The translations under genes were made by a program, and so were the position numbers. Below, piece by piece: positions 40,053 through 53,924 of a stretch of 64,000 nt of DNA (the stretch's first letter is position 1; every line of letters begins with the position of its first letter). The notes under the pieces were generated by a model. That model did not search any database. It had not been told where the DNA came from and was given only the letters and a program-made list of their open reading frames with translations. Location of the stretch: contig NC_043003.1 in NCBI RefSeq assembly GCF_006345805.1, forward strand, positions 70,680,001-70,744,000, given 5' to 3'. This stretch comes from Octopus sinensis. Lineage: Eukaryota.

Positions 40053-40898
40053 TATATAGACAGACAGACAGACACGAAAGTGCATCAGCGTACACAGATT
40101 CACAATGACACACGCGATAAAGATCAGTATATAAAGAGCGACAAAGTTCAATCAAAACAGCTACTGGTATTCATTACACCACTGAAATCAAATTAGTTTC
40201 CATATTACCTACACGAAGAAATTTATGTAAATATAGCCTGCGTTGTAAACTAATTTAAACATAATGAATTAAGTTTCGCTTTGTATTTGTTAATATATAT
40301 TTCTTTATTGTCTATTGCTGTTCCGACGTTGAGTTGCTACAATGACAGAATGGGAATACTTAATAGCTTGGTAAGACCTGTCCCCAAGAATTTTCTGTAT
40401 ATTCACTCAGAGGAATTTTCCTCGTATACAGTTGCTTGATCTGTTGTCGATGTACTAACACTCGTTTCCTGAGTGTCATATCTGTTCACGTCAACATTTA
40501 CATGTTATAATGTATATTAAGTTGTCCGAATTACAAGAAGAATTGTTTTTAATTTTGAAGGTAGGATCTTCTTTGAAGTGGAGTTCGAGCCTTCTAAAAG
40601 GTAATTACATATCCTACGGTTTGGTATATTCTATTTATTGACTTTAAGGCCAATAATTGGTGTATGTAACTTTGCATTGGTCAATATCTTTTTTTAATGA
40701 TTTCGCTTGTTTCTTACTTTTTATAATTACTCTTATCCAAAGAATATAACCCACACGAAACGCACAAACTTATAGTTACGTCCCTTGTCTTGAAATGACA
40801 TAAGCGACTTGGCTAGATAAAATTAATCCAAATATATTTATACGCACACATATATTTACGTAAGTATATACATATATTCATATATGTAAATATGTATA

Positions 40899-41707
40899 CG
40901 AGGTCTGATCAATAAGTATCCGGAGTGCTGCCATAGTAACGAAGCTAAAGCACACTTGACCTTCAACTCTGCTGTGCATATGCACTAACTTTTAACGTTG
41001 TAGCTCACTTCTGTTGTTTACAGCAGTGCTTGGAAGAAACATGTGTAGCGTTAGATCGTCACATTGACCATGTCAGAGAAAGTTGTCATGGCGATATCCG
41101 TTCAGAGGCCTACGCAAAGTTGCAGAAAGCGTATGGAGAGGAGTGTATGAGCCGCACACAAGTCTACGAGGGACTCAGACGTTTTCAGGAGTTCTACAAC
41201 CAGCAGAACTAAGAAAAACATTGCAGATGTGCATGCAGCTGTGAGAAGAAATCGCCGATTCACCATCCTTGAGTCATCAGAGGATGTACAGATTAGTTAC
41301 GGTTCAGTTCAGTCCATTATCACTGAAGATTTTGGTGCGAGATGCGTATCCGCCAAGTTTGTGTCAATACTGCTTTCAGCTAACCAAAATGACACTCGGG
41401 TTTCAGTTGAATAAGATCTACTTGATTGAGTCGAGAACAATGAAAACTTTTTGAAAACTTTGCGCGGGCCTCTGAACAGGTATCGCCAAGCTTTTGCAAA
41501 ATTTCATGCAGACTCTCAGGTCGACGATCACACGCTACACACCTTCCTTCCAAGCACTACTGTAAACAACGAAAGTGAGCTAGAATGTTAAAACTTTGTG
41601 CACTTGCACAACAGAGTACACGGTCAGTCTGTGCCAAGCGGCTTTACTCTGCGTGATTTAGCTTCGTTACTATGGCAACAGTCCCGATACTTATTGATCA
41701 GACCACT
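40899..41707 (+). mobile_element. Internally deleted mariner with long TIRs
   Basis: TA flanks; TIR cgaggtctgatcaataagtatcc; EAYAKLQKAYGEECMSRTQVYE and RRNRRFTILE.SEDVQISYGSVQSIITED (mariner HTH region). Confidence 0.9.
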
Positions 41708-42228
41708 TATATAAATGTGTGTGAGTATAGACACACGAATGTATGTAACCGCATCGTTTACTTTAGAGACAAGAGTTTACTGATGACAACATATTAGTTT
41801 CGGTAACTCAATCACTTCCGTAAAAATTATAAGCCGAGATTTCTTCTTCTTTATATGATTTACGTGTAAACAAAACTTTTTCATTGATATTTCATAATTA
41901 ATTATCGTTTTACTAAATCCACAGATATAAATGTCATTCAATTTAGAACCATTAAAAAAAAATTCTAATTCTAATATTCTATGCTCATTCTTTAATATTC
42001 TATATTCACTCTAGCTGTCGTGTCATATGATTTAATAACTCTTTCATTATATTATTCTGCGATCTATTGTGAAGAGTAGACGAACAATTTCATAATCAGA
42101 GTCGCAACCAAGAACTGTGTACTTGCATAAACTAAATTTGATTTTCGAGCCTTCCCTGCTGACGTCGGATGCTCAGTAATTGCTTGTTCACTATCATCAT
42201 CATCATCGTTATCATCATCATCATCATT

Positions 42229-42291
<63 letters not shown>

Positions 42292-43029
42292 GCCATCATC
42301 ATTCGGACGGATGATTTGACTAGACCAACCCAACACTTCCACACTAGGTGACACGATCGAGATACGCGGCACGAATGTCTGATTTGAGATTTAGTCACAT
42401 TGTCCTTTCGACAGCTGAAATATTTTATCTGCGCGTACCACGACTATAAATGATAGCCATAGTTCGCTGACTAAACTGGTTGACCCTGGTCGTCGACAGT
42501 TTAAGACTTACTTGATGAGGGTGAGTAGAAAGGCTGGAAACTTTTGTTATTTTATAACAAAGCACAGTTGTCTAGTGGAAAAGAAACATTTAATAACTGG
42601 AATTTGGGTATTGGCATAAGGGATCACACATTAACAGAGGAAGACGGAGAAATCTTCACCGTACAATGATGATGATGATGATGGAACAAATAAGGAATTT
42701 AGAGAAAGTAAAACAAGAAGAAAATGAAAGATAAATGAAAAATATATGTTGGTGGGGTAAGAACAAAAAAATAAGTATAGGTGAAAAAATTCCTGGAAAT
42801 ATCACCCTTAAAGAGGCGACTGCCAACTACAACAAAAATATAACAAGCATTAAGGAATAGTATATTGAAAAATATTTTACAAAATATAATATATTGCGAT
42901 ATATGTGATAAACTTCGGAAACGTACCTATCTATCAGTGATTTTTTTTCTGAGACTGTGTTGAAACTAAAACTGATACAGTGTACCAAAACAAGATATAG
43001 TATTTTATCATTACAATTTGGTATCATTT

Positions 43030-43240
43030 GTTTCAAATATTGACACAAGGCCAGCAATTTCGAGGAAAGTGCAAGGCAATTACAGCGAACCTAGTGTTCA
43101 ATTGATACTTATTTTATCGACCACGGAAGGATGAAAGACAAAGTTGACCTCTGCGGAATTTGAGCTCTGAACGTAAAAAAGAACGAAATGCCGCTAAGCA
43201 TTTTGTCCGGCGTGCTAACCATTCTGCCAGCCCACCGCCT
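43030..43240 (-). mobile_element. SINE family A, diverged
   Basis: cacaaggccagcaattt...ggatgaaagacaaagttgacctc...ttctgccagcccaccgcctt. Confidence 0.8.
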
Positions 43241-43379
43241 TCTTTATAGTAAATATATATTAAAATCTGAAAAAGTGAATTAAGTCTTTATGTTCAGAAA
43301 AAGCATATAGATATAGCATTTCAGGCAGTTCGCCTGTTTATTCATAGCTACCACACTATATATATATATATGTATATAT

Positions 43380-43451
<72 letters not shown>

Positions 43452-43553
43452 ATATATACATATATATGAAACTGACTTGGAAAAGGATACGTGGCGTTCG
43501 ATCATATAATAATATAAATAATATATTAATATATGTATATATACATACATATA

Positions 43554-43635
<82 letters not shown>

Positions 43636-43858
43636 GCTTATATGGGTACAGGACACCAAAAAACGTAGACAAAATGAGAAACGAGAACATAAAAACAAAA
43701 ACAAAGAAAGCGAACTTTTTTCGGACAACAATAAAACAAACAGAGAAACGAGACATGCAGCATAAAGAACATTCCCTTCACCAGTTGTCCCTTGTGTTAT
43801 CTACTCCGCATTACGAAGGTAAGGACAAGATGCGACTTCGTTAAAACAGCCCTTCCCG

Positions 43859-43904
<46 letters not shown>

Positions 43905-43921
<17 letters not shown>

Positions 43922-44278
43922 TGTGTTTATCCCCCAAAAATCGCTTGACAACCGATGCTGGTGTGTTTACGTCCTCGTAACTTAGCGGTTCGGCAAAATA
44001 GAACGATAGAATACGTACTAGGCTTACAAAAAAAAATAAGTCCTGGGGTCGATTTGCTCGACTGAAATCGGTGCTCCAGCATGGCCGAAGTCAAATGACT
44101 GAAACAAGTAAAAGAATGTGTGTGTGTGTGCCTATGTGTTTATCTCCCAAACATCGCTTGACAACAAATGCTGGTGTGTTTACGTCCTCGTAAATTCGTG
44201 GTTCGGCAAAATAGACCCATAGAATACGTACTAGGCTTACAAAAAAAAGAGTCCTGGGATCGATTGGCTCGACAGAAA
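43905..44278 (+). mobile_element. Tandemly duplicated SINE family B tails; the second continues at 47997-48045
   Basis: Both share private variants gtcctcgtaa, gaatacgtact and ggccgaagtc. Confidence 0.85.
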
Positions 44279-47200
44279 GAGATCAAAGAGGGTGCCGAAA
44301 GAGATCAAAGGGGGTACCGAAAGAGATCAAAGAGGGTGCCGAAAAAGATCAAAGGGGGTGCCGAAAGAGATCAAAGAGGGTGCCGAAAGACATCAAAGAG
44401 AAGTCCATAAAGAGATCAAAGAGGGTACCGAAAGAGATCAAAGGGGCAACCTCTTTGATCTCTTTCGGCACCCTCTTTGATCACTTTCGGCACCCTCTTT
44501 GATCTCTTTCGGTACCCTCTTTGATCTCTTTCGGCACCCTCTTTGATCTCTTTCGGCACCCCCTTTGATCTCATTCGGCATCCCCTTTGATCTCTTTCGG
44601 CACCCTCTTGATCTCTTTCGGCACCCTCTTTGATCACTTTCGGCACTCCCTTTGATCTCTTTCGGCACCCTCTTCGATCTCTTTCGGTACCCTCTTTGAT
44701 CTCTTTCGGCAGCCCCTTTGATCTCTTTCGGCAGCCCCTTTGATCTCTTTCAGCACCCTCTTTGATCTCTTTCGGGACTTCTCTTTGATCTCTTTCGACA
44801 CCCCCTTTGATCTCTTTCGGCATCCCCTTTGATCTCGTTCGGCATCCTCTTGATCTCTTTCGGCACCCTCTTTGATTTCTTTCGGCACCCCCTTTGATCT
44901 CTTTCGGCACCCTCTTTGATATCTTTCGGCACCCTCTTTGATCTCTTTCGGTACCCTCTTTGATCTCTTTCGGTACACTCTTTTGATCTCATTCGGCACC
45001 CTCTTTGATCTCTTTCGGTACCTTCTTTGATCTCTTTCGGCACCCTCTTTGATCTCTTTCGGCATCCCCTTTGATCTCTTTCGGCACCCTCTTTGATCTC
45101 ATTCGGTACCCTCTTTGATCTCTTTCGGGACTTCTCTTTGATCTCTTTCGGCACCCCTTTGATCTCTTTCGGAATCCCCTTTGATCTCTTTCGGCACCCT
45201 CTTTGATCTCTTTCGGCACCCCCTTTGATCTCTTTCGGCATCCCTTTTGATCTCTTTCGGCACCGTCTTTGATCTCTTTCGGCACCGTCTTTGATCCCTT
45301 TCGGCACCGTCTTTGATCTCTTTCGGCACCATCTTTGATCTCTTTCGGCACCCACTTTGATCTATTACGGCACCCTCTTCGATCTCTTTCGGGACTTCTC
45401 TTTGATCTCTTTCGGCACCCCCTTTGATCTCTTTCGGCATCCCCTTCGATCTCTTTCGGCACCCTCTTTGATCTCTTTCGGCACACTCTTTGATCTCTTT
45501 CGGCACCCCCCTTTGATCTCTTTCGGCATCCCTTTTGATCTCCTTCGGCACCCTCTTTGATCTCTTTCGGCACCCTCTTTGATCTCTTTCGGCACCCCCT
45601 TTGATCTCTTACGGCACCCTCTTTGATCTCTTTCGAGACTTCTCTTTGATCTCTTTCGGTACACTCTTTGATCTCTTTCGGCACCCTCTTTGATCTCTTT
45701 CGGCACCCTCTTTGATCTCTTTCGGCACCCTCTTTGATCTCTTTCGGTACCCTCTTTGATCTCTTTCGGGACTTCTCTTTGATCTCTTTCGGCACCCTCT
45801 TTGATCTCTTTCGGCACCTTCTTTGATCTCTTTCGGCACCCCCTTTGATCTCTTTCGGCATCCCCTTTGATCTCTTTCGGCACCCTCTTTGATCTCTTTC
45901 GGCACCCTCTTTGATATCTTTCGGCACCTTCTTTGATCTCTTTCGGCAACTCTTTGATCTCTTTCGGCATCCCCTTTGATCTCTTTCGGCATCCCCTTTG
46001 ATCTCTTTCGGCACCCTCTTTGATCTCTTTCGGCACCCTCTTTGATCTCTTTCGACACCCTCTTTGATCTCTTTCGGCACCTTCTTTAACCTCTTACGGC
46101 ACCCTCTTTGATCTCTTTCGGGACTTCTCTTTGATCTCTTTCGGCACCCCCTTTGATCTCTTTCGGCATCCCCTTTGATCTCTTTCGGCACCCTCTTTGA
46201 TCTCTTTCGGCACCTTCTTTGATCTCTTACGGCACCCTCTTTGATCTCTTTCGGGATTTCTCTTTGATCTCTTTCGGCACCCCCTTTGATCTCTTTCGGC
46301 ATCCCCTTTGATCTCGTTCGGCACCTCTTTGATCTCTTTCGGCACCCCCTTTGATCTCTTTCGGCATCTCTTTTGATCTCCTTCGGCACCTTCTTTGATC
46401 TCTTTCAGCACCCTCTTTGATCTCTTTCGGCACCCCCTTTGATCTCTTACGGCACCTCTTTGATCTCTTTCGAGACTTCTCTTTGATCTCTTTCGGTACC
46501 CTCTTTGATCTCTTTCGGCACCCTCTTTGATCTCTTTCGGCACCCTCTTTGATCTCTTTCGGTACGCTCTTTGATCTCTTTCGGGACTTCTCTTTGATCT
46601 CTTTCGGCACCCTCTTTGATCTCTTTCGGCATCCCCTTTGATCTCGTTCGGCATCCTATTGATCTCTTTCGGCACCCTCTTTGATCTCTTTCGGCACCCT
46701 CTTTGATCTCTTTCGGCACCTTCTTTGATCACTTTCGGCACACTCTTTGATCTCTTTCGGTACCCTCTTTGATCTCTTTCGGGACTTTTCTTTGATCTCT
46801 TTCGGCACCCCCGTTGATCTCTTTCGGCACCCCCTTTGATCTCTTTCGGCACCCTCTTTGATCTCTTTCGGCACCCTCTTTGATCTCTTTCGGTACCCTC
46901 TTTGATCTCTTTCCGTACCTTCTTTTGATCTCTTTCGGCACCTTCTTTGATCTCTTTCGGTACCTTCTTTGATCTCTTTCGGGACTTCTCTTTGATCTCT
47001 TTCGGCACCCCTTTGATCTCTTTCGGCATCCCCTTTGATCTCTTTCGGCACCCTCTTTGATCTCTTTCGGCACCCTCTTTGATCTCTTTCGACACCCTCT
47101 TTGATCTCTTTCGGCACCTTCTTTGACCTCTTACGGCACCCTCTTTGATCTCTTTCGGGACTTCTCTTTGATCTCTTTCGGCACCCCCTTTGATCTCTTT

Positions 47201-47996
47201 CGGCATCCCCTTTGATCTCTTTCGGCACCCTCTTTGATCTCTTTCGGCACCTTCTTTGATCTCTTACGGCACCCTCTTTGATCTCTTTCGGGATTTCTCT
47301 TTGATCTCTTTCGGCACCCCCTTTGATCTCTTTCGGCATCCCCTTTGATCTCGTTCGGCACCCTCTTTGATCTCTTTCGGCACCCCCCTTTGATCTCTTT
47401 CGGCATCTCTTTTGATCTCCTTCGGCACCTTCTTTGATCTCTTTCAGCACCCTCTTTGATCTCTTTCGGCACCCCCTTTGATCTCTTACGGCACCCTTTT
47501 TGATATCTTTCGAGACTTCTCTTTGATCTCTTTCGGTACCCTCTTTGATCTCTTTCGGCACCCTCTTTGATCTCTTTCGGCACCCTCTTTGATCTCTTTC
47601 GGCACCCTCTTTGATCTCTTTCGGTACCCTCTTTGATCTCTTTCGGGACTTCTCTTTGATCTCTTTCGGTACCCTCTTTGATCTCTTTCGGCACCCTCTT
47701 TGATCTCTTTCGGTACCCTCTTTGATCTCTTTCGGGACTTCTCTTTGATCTCTTTCAGCACCCCCTTTGATCTCTTTCGGCACCCTCTTTGATCTCTTTC
47801 GGCACCTTCTTTGATCGCTTTCGGGACTTCTCTTTGATCTCTTTCGGCACCCTCTTTGGAATCTTTCGGTACCCTCTTTGATCTCTTTCGGGACTTCTCT
47901 TTGATCTCTTTCGGCACCCCCTTTGATCTCTTTCGGCAACCCCTTTGATCTCTTTCGGCACCCTCTTTGATCTCTTTCGGCACCCTCTTTGATCTC
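44279..47996. repeat. 22-bp minisatellite in head-to-head arrangement (unit GAGATCAAAGAGGGTGCCGAAA)
   Basis: About 8 units forward (44279-44446), CAA centre (44447-44449), roughly 160 units reversed (44450-47996). Confidence 0.97.
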
Positions 47997-48745
47997 GGTG
48001 CTCCAGCATGGCCGAAGTCAAATGACTGAAACAAGTAAAGGAATATGTGTGTATGTGTGTGTTTGTGTGTGTGTCTCAAGAGACTGTTATTTCATTTCTG
48101 TAAATCTCCTGATATAATGAATTAGTTTCTGTTTGAATGTCGTCAGCGTATGGCAAAATGTATGCCTACATTTAATGATTATGTATGGATGATATGTTTC
48201 AATTAGGTTTTGTGCTTATAAAACTCATGTATCGGATTACGTACAGATTTCGTAAATCTGACATATTGCTGAAAAATCGATACATTTCTGATGCTAACAA
48301 AATTATAATAAAGATTTCATACAACTTATTAACTTATTAACTGCCACGAAAATAAAACCGCAATCAACTGAGATGCATGTTTAGATTCATGGCGACCGAT
48401 ATCTTGTCTGTGTCTAATTTATATTAGCGTTCTTCCCCGTGCGACTCTGCCGTAAAAGAAAATATCGTAAAATATCGTAAAAGTAAATATCGTAAAATAT
48501 AAATACAATGATACTGCGATAGATATCATTTGCAATACCTTCTCTCCCTTTCTCTCTCTCTCTCTCTGCCCTCTATCCCTATCTATCTCTGCCTCTCTCT
48601 CTCTCCCTCTTTCTCCCTCAGTCTCTTCCTCTTTGTCACTCAGTCTCTCTTCCCCTCCCTCTCTCTCCCTCTAACACACGCACATTCTCTCAGACACACT
48701 CTCACACACTGTTTCTCTTGCTCACACGCTCTCCTTCTCTCGAAT

Positions 48746-48776
<31 letters not shown>

Positions 48777-48890
48777 CTTTCTCTCTCCCTATATATTTAT
48801 TTGTATAATACATACAAACACGTGCACACACCTACGCACGTATATATTAAACTTGGTGCGTGCGCGTGTTATGTGCGTGTGTGTGTGTGT

Positions 48891-48927
<37 letters not shown>

Positions 48928-49574
48928 CATCAAAGTGTAATAATGAACGTTATATTTTTCTTCGGTTTAACCCTATATTTAGATTTCAAATGCCGATGAA
49001 AGTATCGATATTTGTTAATAGATATTTTGATAAAAATGTTTCATTTAACAGATATCCTGATGGGAATATTTCACCAACATTCCTCGTGTTGATGTTTTTG
49101 CCTGTATTCAATAACAGAAGGATTCTTTACATTCATACCAGAACAATCAGTTTTTCAGATGACAATGTATATTGGTTTAGCGACAACGTTGTGTTGCATA
49201 GGGAGCTCGTACCTTAATGACAATTACTGATTGCAATTACTGATCACATGTGCGTGGCCCTTCCACAGAATTGTGACGTAATCTACATTTTCGGCCGTAT
49301 CCAAGAGGTTCACTTTTTCTTGTATTTATCGAAACTTTTGTTGCAGTCTCCTGCCTATGTATGTATGTATGTATGTATGTATGTATGTATGTATGTATGT
49401 ATGTATGTATGTATGTATGTATGATTTTTTAAAAGATTTATTTAAGTCCTACTTGAGAAAGTTCAAAGTAACAAGACGTTTTGAGTTAAGAGAGACCCTG
49501 ATGTTTGTAAATACATGGTTTAGTTGGTTGAACTGTCGATGCTTGCAACCAAGCATGTGCATCTATTTACCTAA

Positions 49575-51290
49575 AGAATTTCAGATAGATAACTTTTGGA
49601 ATGTCTTACAGATCTTCATTGTGCCACTAATAGATTGGATTTGGAGAGTCCGCGTCAGTTTCTTTCGCTCTTTCTTCGTAAAACTAAGCCTTTCTATGTT
49701 TTTGTGCTGATTTGTTGGTCCATAACTTAATGCACCCACGATGACAGGTCCAAACGAGAATTTTTAGTCAGACCACATGGGTTGTAAGCTTCGCATTGAT
49801 TCGCTATAAATGTTCTCTTTTTCCTGAACTTTTCATTCTACATACACATCCACTGGGCAGCTGACCTCCACAACAGTGCATGGCTTTTGTTCCTTGTCCT
49901 ACAGAACAATATCAAGTCTGGTATGTTTTCACCGAATTGCTGCTTTCATTTCAGTGCCCCACTTGTTTTCCAGATAGCATTGTAAACAGTCTTTGCTCCA
50001 AAATATCTACGAGATACTGCCTGCCCTCCGGAGGAAGTAACTATTTCGTAGACATTTTGGGGAAATTGCTAATGAAATGGTTGATATCTTCCCCACTGGT
50101 ATAGCAGAGCCGACATCTTTTTTTTTATCACAATGTAGAGGTTTGGTGGCACAGGTCCAGGAGAGGCTATTCTTCCTGCCAATACTGTTGTTGCCCTATG
50201 GCTTACGGTATAGGTACTCATGTAGTGCTTTTTGCTTGTATGATGCCTGCTTCTCCTCCAAGCTTCTGCTTAAGTAGGCCAGTTCAGCTTCATTTGGGTC
50301 GCATGAGACAGTTGTCTTTTCAGAGTATCTGTACAGTAGTTTTTCTCCAATTCTGAAGATGTTGTTGCTCTTATTTTTGAGTATGCACGGAATATACTCA
50401 TTTCTTTCTTTACTGTTCTTCATCAGGTGTTGTCTGAGTGATACAATGCGACAGTCAAAGGCTGTTTGGGCTGAGCTTGTGCCTCTACCGTTACCGTTTC
50501 GACTCACATAAATCCAATTAGTGTTACTGCTAATGTGGAAGTTGCCAGTGGTAGTCAGTATCTTTCTGCTTTTGATGTCCGGGCTGCGTATCTCGTCCTG
50601 TGTCCAGTCCAATATCCCAAATGTAGGTACTAGCACTGGTACTGCAGAAACATTGTATAATATGGTCTTGTTAAATGCAGACAACTCTGAGTCCCATATT
50701 TCCGTGGTCTACACAATTATTCTTTTTTTTATTCTAGCTTTAACCACAGCGCCAACGTATGAAACATTCTCAGCGATTCCGCGGTACTTGGAGCTTTCAT
50801 CATTAGACAGTCTTGCCCAAACTCCGTTCCTATATCTCGTGAGAGTGTTGTGACTAGTTCTAATTGTCTTTTGATGTTGATCATGCCACAATATAACTGT
50901 AGGTCATCAAGAAAAGCTGTGTGAGTGACATTAATTTTATTCTTTTCTTTTCTGCATGTAGCCTGGGCATTTTGTCAATAACGGCTGGCTAGGGATTCAC
51001 AAATAACATTAAAACTATCACCCTGAAATATGCCTGTTGATAGCTTCATTCTGTTTGTAACAATGGGTGTTGCTTTAGTAGTTATCAGTGATAACTGTGT
51101 AAACTGTGGTTCAGTCTTTTAATGGCATCCATTAGTACTTTGGCAAAGTATAGTGACTCTATCATCCATTAGTGAGGCAAAAGAGTCGAACGCCTTCTTG
51201 TAGTCTAGCCATAACATTAAGAGATGACGGGAGTGTTGCTTGGCTTCCTTAAGAACAGCTTTGTTGAGGAAGAGCTGTTCAACGTAGTCT
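49575..51290 (-). mobile_element. R4/Dong-like LINE 3' part (RT, zinc knuckle, RLE), decayed
   Basis: WLDYKKAFDS, GIFQGDS, FLDDLQLY, AVPVLVPTFGILDWTQDEIRSPDIKSRKILT, CRLC...EDINHFIS, ending ...SISGTMKICKTF. Confidence 0.88.
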
Positions 51291-52069
51291 CACACTCAAG
51301 GGCCCGCGAACAGAGGATGCAGCGGGTGATCCTGCACCCCTTGGAATTTTCAAGTCGTACAAGATCAAAAAGTGCACCTCCTACATAATTTTACCAGTTT
51401 CAGAAAATAGTGTCTAAAAAATTATCTGTATAAGATGTTTGAAGTTAGATTTCGTTTCAAAGCACCACTAAACAAAGCTAAGCAATCCATCCAATTGCTC
51501 TTTCATTAACTCTTTTCCCATCCAATCTATACGACAGAGCAGACATGCATTGACAAACAACACCCCCAAAAATTCATGTCCACACAAGCCACAACATTCT
51601 CAACGCAATTCATAACCACTTTCTCCGTTGCTCTTACCATTTCCCTCGCCTTGCCTTTCACAACTGCTTCCATTTTCATTTTGATGTCATAACACTGACA
51701 TCTTATTTTACACATTTACATTTCTACTACCAGTTCTTTATTACCGCAGCAGCTGCAAGTTTGCAACTTATCTACTCTTACATACTAACCCTTCAATTAA
51801 TATTTAATACTTAACAGTGTATCTCATTGCATTTCATCATGCTTATTTTAGATTATGCCCCGAAGGAAGAGTTCAATTGGACGAAAAACTGCGAAAGCTG
51901 CAAGATAATCAGCAAGAAGGAAAAATTCCTAAAATTCACTGAAGTTTGTATTTGGAGGGGGAGTAGAAGACACAGTTGGAATGTGTTGAAACAGATATTT
52001 TTAAACTTTGGGATGATCCCCAGCTTTTTTCTGCTAAATAATCAGCGGCCTGGTAGTCAATCATCGGTC

Positions 52070-52270
52070 TCGATTTATGACTATAAAGATGGCTCATGAG
52101 TGTAGCTTTACTGAGGCAGGGTCTTGCACAGACACTGTATGTCAGCGTCATAGGAAGACCTTTACCGTCAGGAAGTGCAACAGGGATACCCTTCCTGACA
52201 TCTCTCCTTACTTTCTCATGCGCAGATGGAGATTTCTCAGAAGTAGCTGTCGCCTCATGCACAATTCTTA
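52070..52270 (-). mobile_element. RTE-like LINE 3' fragment with degenerate C2H2 finger
   Basis: RIVHEATAT...YSVCARPCLSKATLMSHLYSH fits C-x2-C-x12-H-x3-H with the first Cys changed to Tyr. Confidence 0.6.
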
Positions 52271-53130
52271 ACCAAGGCATCCCTAAACCTCCCTTTAAAG
52301 GCTTTTGACAGTAGATAGAGCGTTTCACAAGTGGCGACCTGCCCTTCTATAAAAAGCTAAAGAACTGTCTCTCCAATCTGATCAACCACGAATCTAATAC
52401 AGCCTGTTCTGTTTGAATTAACAGGTGTACCGTGTGGCCGGTCCAATTTGCCTTTTCTGAAACGGTAGACTGAAGTATTGTTATCTCGTCTACTCTTTCT
52501 GCCAGGACTTCCGCCATCAACCACATAGGGTCGACTTGAGGTAGGACCTTTGGTATTTATTTGTATTTTGGATGTCCTCATACCCATGTATATTGGTATT
52601 AAAATCCCATCTTCTGTTTCCTGCAATTTCAATGCTTTTTTAGGTGTACCTCGATGGTACCGATTTTTTTCCCTCTGGCTTGATATGTTATATCCTGCAA
52701 GATGAGCTTTAGACATTTTTCTACCTTCTCCTCGCTTACTCGCTTGATTTTTCTTTCTTTTCGGCAGTATGTTTTAAACATAATTGTTTTTTTTTTCTTC
52801 TCTGTCAATAAAAGCTCTTCTGTGGGTTGAATCTTGACAACGCCATCTTGAATTTTTATCATGTCCTTGTACATTAAAACGTCACTTTTCTTCGTCGACA
52901 GTTGGCGAGTTCTGTCTCCAGCTTCAGACGCAAAACTTCTTTTCTGTTTACCCTCCTCCGTTTGAAGTCTTTTCACTTCGACGATCCTCCCTGCAACATC
53001 AGTCCTCGACAGTGATGGGAATTCGCTCTCAGACGAATCCGTAACATCTTCCAACAATACTCTTTCCACTTTTCTGGTATCCAAATCTGTCGAATCCTCG
53101 TCATATAAATACACACTTTTTGGCATCCTG
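52271..53130 (-). mobile_element. L1/Tx1-like LINE remnant (ORF1-like part joined to a short ORF2 piece)
   Basis: SWLIRLERQFFSFL*KGRSPLVKRSIYCQKPLKGGLGMPW resembles the post-RT segment of Tx1-type ORF2; the upstream ARGKKIGTIEV / PQVDPMWLMAEV assignment to ORF1 is weaker. Confidence 0.55.
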
Positions 53131-53711
53131 CCAGTAATTAGTGTTTTCCCTACAGGAAATAGATTTCAAACAAAATAGATTTCAATAGATTTCAAACAAA
53201 AACTATTATACAAATGTTAACAGCAATTAAAACAGTCAACAGAAACTACACTTACTATACAGACGCACTTCGGCAACAATACCAACACTTCCAACCCACA
53301 CAGACGCAATACCAATTTCTTTATTGCCCACCGGGGGCCAAACATAGAAATGGACAGAACAACTGATGGGATCAGTGAAGCGATATGATTTTACATATAA
53401 TGTGACTTTAAAAATTTAAATACAATACAAAAAAATCGAATGGAATTAACAATACAAAAGCAATACAAATGAAGCGATGATCAGGCCATGATAGATATAT
53501 CATTGAGAACAATAGATTTAGTTGGTGGTCTTGTTATCTCTATTCTAGCTTTTGGTGAAGTAGAAGAGGTTAGAAAGGATCAAGTGGTGAAGACATTATT
53601 TCGGCCTAACTAAAGGCATCTGGAAAATGTAAAACTGCTGTCACAGAAAAACGATTGTTCCACTGTGGGAAAATTTATGTTGCAGTGTTAATTTAACATG
53701 CATGCAAGATC

Positions 53712-53785
<74 letters not shown>

Positions 53786-53807
53786 TATAATATATGTACA
53801 TACATAC

Positions 53808-53858
<51 letters not shown>

Positions 53859-53924
53859 TATATACATATACATACATATATATATATATGTGTATATATA
53901 TATATATATATATTTACTATACAT

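Noticed and set aside
43710-43860. CTGGTGA...GAAA on the minus strand in a repeat fragment
   Set aside because: Stems II and III and a cleavage triplet could not be formed in the required order.
44279-47996. CRISPR-like array
   Set aside because: Units are contiguous without unique spacers, no cas genes are present, and the context is eukaryotic.
44292-48079. Long ORFs up to 466 aa (PKEIKEGAERDQRGCRKRSK...)
   Set aside because: The 22-bp unit lacks stop codons on that strand, so all three frames are open and shift into one another; no codon or domain signal.
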